Shown piece by piece: positions 9,393-18,216 of a DNA stretch of 32,000 nt. This DNA comes from Halomicrobium mukohataei DSM 12286. GTDB lineage: Archaea > Halobacteriota > Halobacteria > Halobacteriales > Haloarculaceae. The stretch spans positions 2,730,001-2,762,000 of the forward strand of contig NC_013202.1 of NCBI RefSeq assembly GCF_000023965.1, read 5' to 3'. A program made the translations under genes and the position numbers. The first letter of the stretch is position 1; every line of letters starts with the position of its first letter. A model generated the notes under the pieces. That model was not told the origin of the DNA, did no database searches, and saw only the letters and a list, made by a program, of their open reading frames with translations.

Positions 9393-10064
9393 ATGACAGA
9401 GGGTTCAGCCGACGTGTCACGCCGTGGGTTCATGCGGACGGCCGCGGGCGCGGCGACCGCCGCCGGGGCGGCCGGAACCGTGGCGGCCCAGGAAGAGGAG
9501 GGCGGCGACGGCGGCGGTGGCGGCACACCGGATTACGGCGGATGGTTAGGCAGCGTGAGCAACTTCGACGAGACGGTCGACGCCACGGGGCAGGACTCGA
9601 CGACCGTCGAGGTCGGCACCCAGGCAAACGGCGGTGCCTTCGGGTTCGGGCCGGCGGCGGTCCACGTCGACAACGGCGCGACCGTCCAGTTCGAGTGGAC
9701 CGGCGAAGGCGGCCGGCACAACGTCGTCTCCGATGGCGACGGACCGCTCGACTCTGGCGACGCCGTCGAAACGACCGGCGTCGAGTACGAACACACCTTC
9801 GAAGAGGACGGTATCTACCCGTACTACTGTGTGCCCCACAAGAGCCTCAACATGAAAGGTGCCATCGTCGTCGGCTCCGACTACCCCACGGCTGACTCCG
9901 GCGGTGGCGGCGGCGGCGGTGGTGGCGGTGGCAGTAGCGCAGCACCGGCCGTCCCCGAGAGCATCAAGTCCCTCGGCGTCGCCGCGTCGGTCGTGATGAC
10001 CGCGACGCTGGGACTGGCCTACGTGTTCATGAAGTACGGCGGCGACTACGACACGCCGGAGTAG
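9393..10064 (+). CDS. Halocyanin (type-1 blue copper protein), Tat-exported, with a C-terminal hydrophobic anchor
   Basis: Start at the internal Met. Twin-arginine signal SRRGFMRTAAGAATAAG; cupredoxin ligand pattern GGRHNVV ... YYCVPHKSLNMKG (His, Cys-x2-His-x4-Met); Gly10 linker; C-terminal TM segment LGVAASVVMTATLGLAYVF. Confidence 0.9.
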   Translation: MTEGSADVSRRGFMRTAAGAATAAGAAGTVAAQEEEGGDGGGGGTPDYGGWLGSVSNFDETVDATGQDSTTVEVGTQANGGAFGFGPAAVHVDNGATVQFEWTGEGGRHNVVSDGDGPLDSGDAVETTGVEYEHTFEEDGIYPYYCVPHKSLNMKGAIVVGSDYPTADSGGGGGGGGGGGSSAAPAVPESIKSLGVAASVVMTATLGLAYVFMKYGGDYDTPE

Positions 10065-10150
10065 CACACGCCGTCTTCGGCCGAATCGCGCCGCTGTGAT
10101 CGATTCACGTCGCTATCACGAACGTCGTCCGTGAGCGCCGGCCGATAGTA

Positions 10151-10708
10151 TCAGACGGCGTCGGGACTGGTGTGAATCGTTAGCTCCACGTCGCGCCGAC
10201 GCCCCTCCAGATCGGCGACGATCCGCTCGACCACGCGCTCTGCCTCTTCCTGGATCAGCGGCTTTACCTTCTCGATCACCCAGTCCATCGACACCAGCCG
10301 CGGGAGGTCGAGCGCGCTCGACGACGCCGACCCCGGATCGAAGTTCACCGTCAGTCGCACTTCGGTGGCGTGGTCCTCGTCCTCGGGTCGCTCCTCCGGG
10401 AGCGACGTGATCCGCCAGCGACCGGTGGCGTCGAGGTCTTTCGTGATCTTCCAGTCGATCTGGTCCGGCGGATCGACGGCGACGACCTCGGATCTGGCGG
10501 TGTAGCTGAGCTTCCACCAGGCAAAGCGGAGCGCGTACTGCGTGCCCGGCGTCCCGTCGCCGCGTTGCTCTACGTCCGTGAGGTACTTCGAGTAGCGAGC
10601 GTAGCCGGGGAAGTCCATCAGGAACTCGTAGACTTCCGCTGGCGAGACGTACACGACGGTGCTGACGTCGACGGAGTCCACGGTGACACGTGTGGCCGGG
10701 ATCGGCAT
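10151..10708 (-). CDS. SRPBCC (START / polyketide cyclase-dehydrase-like) family protein
   Basis: Start at the internal Met (MPIPATRVTVD). The pattern VYVSPAEVYEFLMDFPGYARYSKYL...WKITKDLDATGRWRI...TEVRLTVNFDP is typical of the helix-grip fold family. Confidence 0.75.
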   Translation of the reverse strand: MPIPATRVTVDSVDVSTVVYVSPAEVYEFLMDFPGYARYSKYLTDVEQRGDGTPGTQYALRFAWWKLSYTARSEVVAVDPPDQIDWKITKDLDATGRWRITSLPEERPEDEDHATEVRLTVNFDPGSASSSALDLPRLVSMDWVIEKVKPLIQEEAERVVERIVADLEGRRRDVELTIHTSPDAV

Positions 10709-10742
10709 AGGTCTGACCCTCCATCGCGGCTGTCGCCCGACA

Positions 10743-10750
10743 TTATATAC
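10743..10750 (+). promoter_or_regulatory. TATA box (TTATATAC) about 27 nt upstream of the coaBC ATG
   Basis: AT-rich octamer in the 65-bp divergent spacer. Confidence 0.4.
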
Positions 10751-10773
10751 TACCCCGCGTCTAACCACCGGCA

Positions 10774-11925
10774 ATGCTTTCGGGAGTGAACGTCGTCCTG
10801 GGGGTGACCGGCTCGATCGCGGCGGTCAAGACCGTCGAACTCGCCCACGAGCTTCGCCGACAGGGCGCGACCGTCCGGGCCGTCGTCACCGACAGCGCGT
10901 CGGGCATCGTCCACCCGTGGGCCGTCGAGTTCGCGACGGACGGCGAGGTGGTGACGGAGCTGACGGGGGCGGTCGAACACGTCGAACTGTGTGGCGTCGA
11001 CGGGTGGGGCGACGTGTTGCTGATCGCGCCAGCGACCGCCAACACGGTCGGCAAGATCGCGGGTGCGATCGACGACTCGCCGGTGACGACGTGTGCGACG
11101 ACGGCGCTGGGTGCGGATCTCCCGGTCGTCGTCGCACCGGCCATGCACGAGCCGATGTACGACCACCCCGGCGTGCTCGACGCGATCGACCGCGTCGAGT
11201 CGTGGGGCGTCGACTTCGTGGCTCCGCGCCTCGAAGAGGGGAAAGCGAAGATCGCCAGCGAGGGCGCGATCGTCGCCGCGACGGCGCGTGCAGCCGGCGA
11301 GCAGCCCCTCGCTGGCGAGCACGTCGTCGTCACGAGCGGCGCGACGACGGAGTCGATCGACCCGCTCAGGACGCTGTCGAACCGGGCGTCGGGGCGCACC
11401 GGTCGGGCGCTGGCTCGCGCTTGCTACGTCGCCGGAGCCGACGTGACGCTGGTCCACGACGGTCCGGACGTGCCCGTCGCGGAGGTCCGTCGCGTCGAGA
11501 GCGCCGCCGAGATGACGGCGGCGACCACAGAGGCCTGTGCGGACGCCGACGCGCTCCTCTCGGCGGCGGCGATCTCGGACTACACCGTCGAGCAACGCGA
11601 CCGAAAGATCAAGTCCGGCGAGCCCTCGCTGACCCTGGAGCTGTCGCCGACGCCGAAGCTGGTCGACGCCGTTCGATCCGAGCGGCCGGACCTGCCGATC
11701 GTCGGCTTCAAAGCCGAGACCGACGTGGACGACGAGACGCTCGTCGAACGGGCCCGCGAGATTCGCGACCGCGTCGACATGGCGTTCGTCGTCGCCAACG
11801 ACGCCGATGTGATGGGTGCTGAGCGTACGCGGGCGCTACTCGTGGGCGACGACGTATCGACCTACGAGGGCGACAAGCAGGGCCTCGGACGGCGGGTCGC
11901 CGCGGAGCTGACGGGGCATCTCTAA
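10774..11925 (+). CDS. coaBC: Bifunctional phosphopantothenoylcysteine decarboxylase / phosphopantothenate-cysteine ligase
   Basis: 383 aa. N-terminal flavoprotein domain (VVLGVTGSIAAVKTVEL...APATANTVGKIAGAIDD) and C-terminal CoaB domain (VVVTSGATTESIDPLRTLSNRASGRTG...ISDY...KIKS). Confidence 0.93.
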   Translation: MLSGVNVVLGVTGSIAAVKTVELAHELRRQGATVRAVVTDSASGIVHPWAVEFATDGEVVTELTGAVEHVELCGVDGWGDVLLIAPATANTVGKIAGAIDDSPVTTCATTALGADLPVVVAPAMHEPMYDHPGVLDAIDRVESWGVDFVAPRLEEGKAKIASEGAIVAATARAAGEQPLAGEHVVVTSGATTESIDPLRTLSNRASGRTGRALARACYVAGADVTLVHDGPDVPVAEVRRVESAAEMTAATTEACADADALLSAAAISDYTVEQRDRKIKSGEPSLTLELSPTPKLVDAVRSERPDLPIVGFKAETDVDDETLVERAREIRDRVDMAFVVANDADVMGAERTRALLVGDDVSTYEGDKQGLGRRVAAELTGHL

Positions 11926-11941
11926 ACGCCACGCACGGCGC

Positions 11942-13093
11942 GTGGGACTCCGCGAACTGACAGACGAAACTGGATCCCGAAATAGTTATGCGTGGGCCGA
12001 AGTACCTCCAGAACGAGTCGAAACACGCGTCAACGATCCGTATTCGGACTGGACAACTGTGACATCAAACACACGAACGTTCCTGGTTCCGGTCGCCAAG
12101 TCGGTGACGTTACGCGACACCGTCTCGTACGCGATCGAGACGGCCGGTGACGCGGCCGAAACCGGGGAAGCGACCGTTCACTTCGTCGTCGTCGCCAGTG
12201 GCAGAGCTATCGATCCCGACGGCCCGGACGAGCTGGCCGCCGACAGGGAACTGCTCGAACGAGTCGAGGCCTGGGCCCAGGAAGACCGCAGCGAGGCTGA
12301 CGGGATCGCCGTCGAGACCGACATCGTCGGCCTCGACAGATATCTCTTCTCTCCCGGCGAGTACGCCGAGACGCTCATCGAGTACGCGACAGCGCACGGG
12401 GTCGACCGGATCGTCCTCGATCCGGAGTACGATCCCGGCGGCTCCGCGCCGATGTTGCGTCCGCTGCAGGTCGATCTCGCGCGCAGCGAGATCGAGATCG
12501 AAGAGGCACCGGTCGAGCGACAGACCCGCAGAACCGTACTCGCGCGTGCCGAGACCCTGCGGAAGGCCGCCGTCGTCTTCGGCGCGTCGCTGCTGTTTTA
12601 CCTCGTTCTGGGATCGCTGTCTCTGTTCGACGTACTGACCGGAGCGGTGACGGCCGGCATCGTCGCGGTCCTGCTGGCCCCCGTCGCCTTCAGCGAGCAG
12701 CCGTCGTTCGGGCGGCTCGCACGACAGCTCGTGCGAATGGCGCTGTACGCTCCTTTCCTGCTGTGGGAGATCACGAAGGCCAACGTCGAGGTCGCGTACG
12801 TGGTGTTACACCCCTCGCTGCCGATCGACCCCAAGATGGTGCGCCTCCGGGCGGCCGTCTGGGGGGATACGCCGGTGACGACGCTGGCAAACAGCATCAC
12901 GCTCACGCCGGGAACGCTGACCGTCGACGTGGCAAGGCGCTCGTTCACGATCCACTCGCTGACCCAGTCGGCGCGGGACGATCTCTTCGACGGCGTGCTC
13001 GAACGGGCCGTTCGATTCGTCTTCTACGGCCGTGCCGCCGCTCGGATCGCGAGCCCCGCCGAGCGCGACGACGGGGAGGTAGTCGATGATTGA
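11942..13093 (+). CDS. mrpE: Mrp/Mnh antiporter subunit E with an N-terminal universal-stress-protein-like (USP) domain
   Basis: The C-terminal about 160 aa (LVRMALYAPFLLWEITKANVEVAYVVLHPSLPIDPKMV...NSITLTPGTLTVD) is MnhE-like. The N-terminal about 170 aa (FLVPVAKSV...VHFVVVA...YLFSPGEYAETLIEYATAHGVDRIVLDPEY) has a USP/adenine-nucleotide alpha-hydrolase pattern. GTG start at 11942 is uncertain. Confidence 0.82.
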   Translation: MGLRELTDETGSRNSYAWAEVPPERVETRVNDPYSDWTTVTSNTRTFLVPVAKSVTLRDTVSYAIETAGDAAETGEATVHFVVVASGRAIDPDGPDELAADRELLERVEAWAQEDRSEADGIAVETDIVGLDRYLFSPGEYAETLIEYATAHGVDRIVLDPEYDPGGSAPMLRPLQVDLARSEIEIEEAPVERQTRRTVLARAETLRKAAVVFGASLLFYLVLGSLSLFDVLTGAVTAGIVAVLLAPVAFSEQPSFGRLARQLVRMALYAPFLLWEITKANVEVAYVVLHPSLPIDPKMVRLRAAVWGDTPVTTLANSITLTPGTLTVDVARRSFTIHSLTQSARDDLFDGVLERAVRFVFYGRAAARIASPAERDDGEVVDD

Positions 13094-13361
13094 ACTGACC
13101 ACTGCCCTGCAGGGCGTCGCGGCGCTGTTCGTCTGTTTCGCCGTCGTCGCCCTCTACCGCGTGTATCAGGGACCGACAGCCCACGACCGCGTGATCGCCG
13201 TCAACGTCGTGGGTACCAACACCGTCATCGCCATCGCGTTGCTCGCAGGTGCGTTCGACGACCAGCTGTTCCTGGACGTGGCGCTGGTCTACGCGCTGTT
13301 GAACTTCCTGCTGAGCATCGCGTTCTCGAAGTTCAACGTCGAGCGCGGGGGTGTGCTGTGA
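13086..13361 (+). CDS. mrpF: Mrp/Mnh antiporter subunit F
   Basis: 91 aa, 3 TM. LYRVYQGPTAHDRVIAVNVVGT...LDVALVYALLNFL matches MnhF. Overlaps the mrpE stop by 8 nt. Confidence 0.9.
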   Translation: MIELTTALQGVAALFVCFAVVALYRVYQGPTAHDRVIAVNVVGTNTVIAIALLAGAFDDQLFLDVALVYALLNFLLSIAFSKFNVERGGVL

Positions 13362-13696
13362 TGGAGCCGATCGGCTGGCTCGCCGTCGGCCTCGGGGTCG
13401 CCGGTGCCTTCTTCGGGTTCGTCGCGGCCGTCGGCCTGGTGCGACTGCCCGACGTGTACACCCGCACCCACGCGGCCTCCAAGAGCGACACGCTGGCCGC
13501 CGTGCTGTCGCTGGCCGGCGCTGCCATCGCGATCCAGTCGGAGCTGGCGACGATCAAGGCCGTCCTGTTGCTGGTGTTCATCTTCCTGACGAACCCGACG
13601 GCCGCCCACGCCATCGCTCGCGCTGCCGACGACCAGGGCATCGAACCGTGGACGACCGACGACACGGAGGTGACTGACAGTGCCGACGACAGTTGA
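13361..13696 (+). CDS. mrpG: Mrp/Mnh antiporter subunit G
   Basis: MEPIGWLAVGLGVAGAFFGFVAAVGLVRLPDVYTRTHAASKSDTL is the MnhG signature. The ATG overlaps the mrpF TGA (TGATG). An alternative GTG lies at 13358. Confidence 0.9.
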   Translation: MEPIGWLAVGLGVAGAFFGFVAAVGLVRLPDVYTRTHAASKSDTLAAVLSLAGAAIAIQSELATIKAVLLLVFIFLTNPTAAHAIARAADDQGIEPWTTDDTEVTDSADDS

Positions 13697-14216
13697 ACTG
13701 GCCTTGCTCGTGTTCGTCCTGGGCTGTGCGCTCGGGACGGCGGTGCTGCGTGACGTGCTGGCCTCGGTGATCGCCTTCGCGGCCTACAGCCTCGGGGTCT
13801 CGATCATCTGGATCGTCCTGCAGGCACCCGACGTCGGCCTGACCGAGGCCGCCGTCGGGGCCGGCGTCATGACGATCCTGCTGCTGATGGCGCTTGCCAA
13901 CACGTCCCGGCCCAGCGAGGATCGGCGCTTCGAGTCGATCAGTCTCCGGACGGCGATCGTCGTCCTCGTGTTCGTCGCCGTCATGGCCTCGACGATCCCG
14001 GCGCTCCCGGCCATCGGTGGCCCGGACAATCCGGTCGTCGACGGCGAGGTGAGCCAGTACTACCTCGACAACGCCTACGACCAGACGGAGGTCCACAACG
14101 CCGTGACCGCGGTACTCGCGGGCTATCGGGGACTGGACACGCTCGGCGAGGCCGTCGTGGTCTTCGTCGCGGGCGTGGCGACACTGTCGGTGCTCCGACG
14201 GGAGGACTTCGCATGA
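13680..14216 (+). CDS. DUF4040-type Mrp subunit (MrpA C-terminal-like / MbhD-like)
   Basis: 178 aa. VLRDVLASVIAFAAYSLGVSIIWIVLQAPDVGLTEAAVGAGV... and ...NAVTAVLAGYRGLDTLGEAVVVF are typical of the DUF4040/MnhB-N module. GTG start overlaps mrpG by 17 nt. Confidence 0.85.
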   Translation: MPTTVELALLVFVLGCALGTAVLRDVLASVIAFAAYSLGVSIIWIVLQAPDVGLTEAAVGAGVMTILLLMALANTSRPSEDRRFESISLRTAIVVLVFVAVMASTIPALPAIGGPDNPVVDGEVSQYYLDNAYDQTEVHNAVTAVLAGYRGLDTLGEAVVVFVAGVATLSVLRREDFA

Positions 14217-14677
14217 GCGACGCCGAACAGCCCGGTCTGTACGTCGAGAGTACGGTCATCATGACTACGGTGCGGGTCGTCACCCCCTTCATCCTCACCT
14301 TCGGCCTCTTCATCATGTTCCACGGGGCCGACTCGCCCGGCGGCGGGTTCCAGGGCGGCGTCATCGCGGGCTCAGTCGTGATGATGCTGGCGTTCGCCTA
14401 CGGGATCGAGGCCACGCGAGACTGGCTCGACAGTCGGCTCGTCGTGGCGATCGCCTCGCTTGGCGTGCTCACGTTCGCCGGGATCGGGCTCGGATCGATC
14501 CTGCTCGGTGGCACGTTCCTCGAATACCACCTGTACCCCATCGAGAAGGCCAGCAAGTACGGCATCGAGCTCGTCGAGCTGGGGATCGGCGGGATCGTCG
14601 CCAGCGTTATTATCGGTCTGTTTTTCGTGATCGCGGCCGGCTTCGGCCACGCGATCGACGGAGGTGACGAGTCGTGA
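14213..14677 (+). CDS. mrpB: Mrp/Mnh antiporter subunit B
   Basis: 154 aa. VVTPFILTFGLFIMFHGADSPGGGFQGGVIAGS is the MnhB signature. ATGA overlap with the upstream gene. Confidence 0.9.
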   Translation: MSDAEQPGLYVESTVIMTTVRVVTPFILTFGLFIMFHGADSPGGGFQGGVIAGSVVMMLAFAYGIEATRDWLDSRLVVAIASLGVLTFAGIGLGSILLGGTFLEYHLYPIEKASKYGIELVELGIGGIVASVIIGLFFVIAAGFGHAIDGGDES

Positions 14678-15030
14678 TCGACACGTTCCTGACACACTAC
14701 AACTACTACGCGGTCGTCGCGTTGCTCGGGATCGGCGTCTACATGCTCGTCGAGTCGAGCAACCTCGTGAAGAAAGTCATCGGGATGAACGTCTTCCAGA
14801 CGGGGATCTTCCTGTTCTTCGTGACGACGGCCTACCGGAGCGGTGCCGGTCCGGCCGTCGTCTACGAGGGGGCGGGCCCGTACGTCAGTCCGCTCCCGCA
14901 CGTGCTGATCCTGACCGCGATCGTCGTCGGCGTGAGCCTGACGGCCGTCGCGCTCGCCCTGATCGTCCGCATCTACGCGGAGTACGGGACGCTCGACGAG
15001 GAGGTGCTGCGAGAACTCGACCATGATTGA
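14674..15030 (+). CDS. mrpC: Mrp/Mnh antiporter subunit C (NuoK-like)
   Basis: 118 aa, 3 TM. NLVKKVIGMNVFQTGIFLFFV...LILTAIVVGVSLTAVALALIVRIY. GTGA overlap with mrpB. Confidence 0.9.
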   Translation: MIDTFLTHYNYYAVVALLGIGVYMLVESSNLVKKVIGMNVFQTGIFLFFVTTAYRSGAGPAVVYEGAGPYVSPLPHVLILTAIVVGVSLTAVALALIVRIYAEYGTLDEEVLRELDHD

Positions 15031-16519
15031 ACACGCTCCTGTCCTTGTGATCGCGCTGCCGATCGTCGGCGGCGCGCTCCCGCTACTGTTCGGACTGTTC
15101 ACCGACCGTCTCGGCTGGCCGATCGCGACGGTAACGCTGTTGGGCCAGACCGTCCTCGCCGTCGCACTGGCGATGACGGTGGTCGACGGCGGCGCGGTGT
15201 CGTACGTCCCGGGCGGGTTCGTCGCCCCCTACGGGATCGAACTGGTCGTCGACGGGCTCTCGGCGGTGGTGCTCGTCCTGATCGCCGCCGTCTCCCTTGG
15301 CGTGCTCGCGTACGCTCGTCGGGCGGGGCCTCACGCGGACAGCTTCTACGCCCAGTACCTGCTGCTGGTCGCAGGCCTCTCCGGGATGACCGCCACCGGC
15401 GACGTGTTCAACCTCTACGTCTTCCTGGAGATCACGGGACTGGCCGCCTACGGCCTCGTCGCGAGCGGCCGGTCTGCCAGTGCCGCCGTGGCCGCGCTGA
15501 AGTACCTCATCGTCGGGACGATCGGCGCGTCGCTGTACCTGCTCGGTGCGGGCTACCTGCTCGCGGCGACGGGAACGCTCAACATGGCCGATCTGGCGGG
15601 CAAGCTCGCCGAGGCGGGCTACGGCTCCACGCTCGTGCTGACGGCCTTCGGACTGATGGTCGGCGGGCTGGCGGTCAAGGTCGCGCTCTACCCGCTGCAC
15701 ACGTGGCAGCCAGACGCCTACGCCAGCGCCCACGACACCGTGAGCACGCTCATCTCGGCGCTGGTCTCGACGGTCGCGGCCTACGCGCTGGCACGCCTGC
15801 TGTTCTCGGTCTTTACCGTCGGCTTCTTCGACGCCGTGCCGATCGCACAGACGGCGCTGTTGACCGTCGCCGCGGTCAGCATCGTCGCCGGGAGCCTGCT
15901 GGCCGTTGCCCAGTCGGACGTACAGCGAATGCTGGCGTACTCCTCGGTGTCGCAGTTCGGGCTGGTGATCGCCGGGTTCGCCGTCGGTACGCAGGTGGCC
16001 ATCGTCGGCGCGCTCGTCCACCTCGTGGGCCACGCCGTCATGAAAGGCGGGCTGTTCGCCGCGACCGGGATCGTCGAGCGACGGACCGGCGCACGACGGC
16101 TCACGGAGTACGCAGGACTCGGCGAGCGGGCACCCGTCACGGCGGCCGGCATCGCCGTGCTCCTGTTCGCGATGGTCGGCGTCCCGCCGGCAGTCGGCTT
16201 CGTCGGCAAGTGGTACATCGTCGTCGGCGCGGTCGAAGCGGGCACGTGGTCGCTCGTCGTCGTCTTGCTCGCGAGTACGCTGCTGACGCTCGCGTACTTC
16301 GCGCGGCTGTTCGAGCGGATGTACTTCACCGCGCCGCCCTCGGCCAGTACCACGGACGTGACGCCGATGCCGGACGGCGGTGACGGACGCGAGGCGGTGT
16401 CGACGGGGATGGTGGCCGTCGTCGTCGCCGCGGCCCTGCTCGCGGTCGTCCTCGGCGGGACCGCGCCCTTAGTCGAACAGATCGTCGAACAGACTGTCAG
16501 TACTTTCCCACACCCATGA
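15023..16519 (+). CDS. mrpD: Mrp subunit D-type proton-conducting membrane transporter (NuoL/M/N family), paralog 1
   Basis: 498 aa polytopic protein. LHTWQPDAYASAH, MLAYSSVSQFG and HAVMKGGLF are family hallmarks. Confidence 0.9.
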   Translation: MIEHAPVLVIALPIVGGALPLLFGLFTDRLGWPIATVTLLGQTVLAVALAMTVVDGGAVSYVPGGFVAPYGIELVVDGLSAVVLVLIAAVSLGVLAYARRAGPHADSFYAQYLLLVAGLSGMTATGDVFNLYVFLEITGLAAYGLVASGRSASAAVAALKYLIVGTIGASLYLLGAGYLLAATGTLNMADLAGKLAEAGYGSTLVLTAFGLMVGGLAVKVALYPLHTWQPDAYASAHDTVSTLISALVSTVAAYALARLLFSVFTVGFFDAVPIAQTALLTVAAVSIVAGSLLAVAQSDVQRMLAYSSVSQFGLVIAGFAVGTQVAIVGALVHLVGHAVMKGGLFAATGIVERRTGARRLTEYAGLGERAPVTAAGIAVLLFAMVGVPPAVGFVGKWYIVVGAVEAGTWSLVVVLLASTLLTLAYFARLFERMYFTAPPSASTTDVTPMPDGGDGREAVSTGMVAVVVAAALLAVVLGGTAPLVEQIVEQTVSTFPHP

Positions 16520-18216
16520 TCGATCCTTCACTGCGACCGGTACTCGCCATTCTGGCGTCGTTGCTGGCGATTCCGCTGATCTTCGCCACGAGTAGCAGAC
16601 GGAACCTCCGGGAGGGCGTGACGATCGCAGCCGCGCTGACGAAGTTCGGCCTGATCGCGAGTCTCGTCCCGAGCGTCGTCTGGGGCGGCGAGACCTACGA
16701 GTACGCACTGTTTACCCTCGCCAGCGGCATCGAACTGGCACTGGAGGTGGACGCGCTCGGCCTGCTCTTTGGCCTGCTGGCGAGTCTGCTGTGGATCGTG
16801 ACGAGCTTCTACAGCATCGGCTACATGCGCGGCCTCGACGAGCACGCACAGACGCGGTACTTCGCCTCTTTCGCCGCCAGCCTCGCTGCCGCCGTGGGCG
16901 TGGCCTTCGCCGCGAACCTCCTGACGCTGTTCGTCTTCTACGAGCTGCTGACGGTCGCGACGTACCCGCTGGTCACCCACGACGAGACTGACGAGGCCCG
17001 CACGGCCGGCCGCAAGTACCTCACGTACACCTTCGGGGGCGGCGTCGCAGTGCTCGCCGGGACGGTGCTGCTGTTCTGGGCGACCGGCACGACCGCGTTC
17101 ACGCCCGGCGGGATCGCCGAGCTGGCGACGACCGACCCGGCGATCGCTCGCGCCATCTTCGCGCTGCTGGTGACCGGCTTCGGCGTCAAGGCCGCGTTGA
17201 TGCCGATGCACTCCTGGCTGCCCGACGCGATGGTCGCGCCGACGCCGGTGTCGGGGCTGCTCCACGCCGTCGCCGTCGTCAAGAGCGGCGTCTTCGGGCT
17301 CGCTCGGGTGATCCTCGACGTGTTCGGCCCCGAGACCGTCGAGAGCCTGGGCGTCGGGTTACCGCTTGCCGTCGTCGCGACGGCGACGCTGCTGATCGCG
17401 AGTATCATCGCGCTCGGTCGCGACAACCTGAAGCGCCGGCTCGCGTACTCGACGATCAGCCAGCTCTCCTACATCGTCCTCGGGCTCGCCTTGCTCAAGG
17501 AGAGCGCGCTGATCGGCGGACTCTTGCACATCCCCGCTCACGCGTTCATGAAGCTCACGCTGTTTTTCTGTGCGGGCGCGATCCACGTCGAGACGCACAC
17601 GGACGACATCTCGGACATGGCCGGGATCGGTCGGCGGATGCCGCTGACGATGGCCGCCTTCGCCGTCGCGAGCGCGGGGATGGCCGGCATTCCCCTGCTG
17701 GCCGGCTTCGTCAGCAAGTGGTATATCGTGATCGGCGCGATCGAGGGCGGCGGGTGGTTCTTCGCCGGGGCCCTGCTGCTCTCGGGCGTGCTCAACATCG
17801 GCTACTTCTGGCCGGTCGTCTACCAGGCGTACTTCGAGTCGCCAGACGACCACGACGAGAAGCCTCTCGTCCGGGGGATCTTCGGCGGCCAGACCGCGGT
17901 CGAGACCGACGGGGGCGAACCGGTCGGCGCGGCAGACGGGGCCGAGACCGGCGACCACGATCACACCGACGACGAGCCAGAGCCCTACGAAACGGACCAC
18001 CTCGGCAAGTACGACGAGGGGCACGACCACCACGGCGGGCCGCCCGAGGGTGGCTGGACCGCCGCCGGCTGGCGGGGCGGTGAGAGCACGTGGTTCATTC
18101 TCGGCCCGATCCTGGCGGCGGCGACCGGGGCAGTCGTCCTGGGAATCGTCCCCAACACGGCGGTCTTCCTGGAGATCGTCACAACCGTCGTCGACAATCT
18201 GGGGGTGATGGTCTGA
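16516..18216 (+). CDS. mrpD: Mrp subunit D-type transporter (NuoL/M/N family), paralog 2, with an acidic/His-rich C-terminal insertion
   Basis: 566 aa. MHSWLPDAMVAPTPVSGLLHAV, RLAYSTISQLSY and HAFMKLTLFF. About 80 aa of hydrophilic D/E/H-rich sequence (DHDEKP...GDHDHTDDEPEPYETDHLGKYDEGHDHHGG) precede a last TM helix. Confidence 0.9.
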   Translation: MIDPSLRPVLAILASLLAIPLIFATSSRRNLREGVTIAAALTKFGLIASLVPSVVWGGETYEYALFTLASGIELALEVDALGLLFGLLASLLWIVTSFYSIGYMRGLDEHAQTRYFASFAASLAAAVGVAFAANLLTLFVFYELLTVATYPLVTHDETDEARTAGRKYLTYTFGGGVAVLAGTVLLFWATGTTAFTPGGIAELATTDPAIARAIFALLVTGFGVKAALMPMHSWLPDAMVAPTPVSGLLHAVAVVKSGVFGLARVILDVFGPETVESLGVGLPLAVVATATLLIASIIALGRDNLKRRLAYSTISQLSYIVLGLALLKESALIGGLLHIPAHAFMKLTLFFCAGAIHVETHTDDISDMAGIGRRMPLTMAAFAVASAGMAGIPLLAGFVSKWYIVIGAIEGGGWFFAGALLLSGVLNIGYFWPVVYQAYFESPDDHDEKPLVRGIFGGQTAVETDGGEPVGAADGAETGDHDHTDDEPEPYETDHLGKYDEGHDHHGGPPEGGWTAAGWRGGESTWFILGPILAAATGAVVLGIVPNTAVFLEIVTTVVDNLGVMV

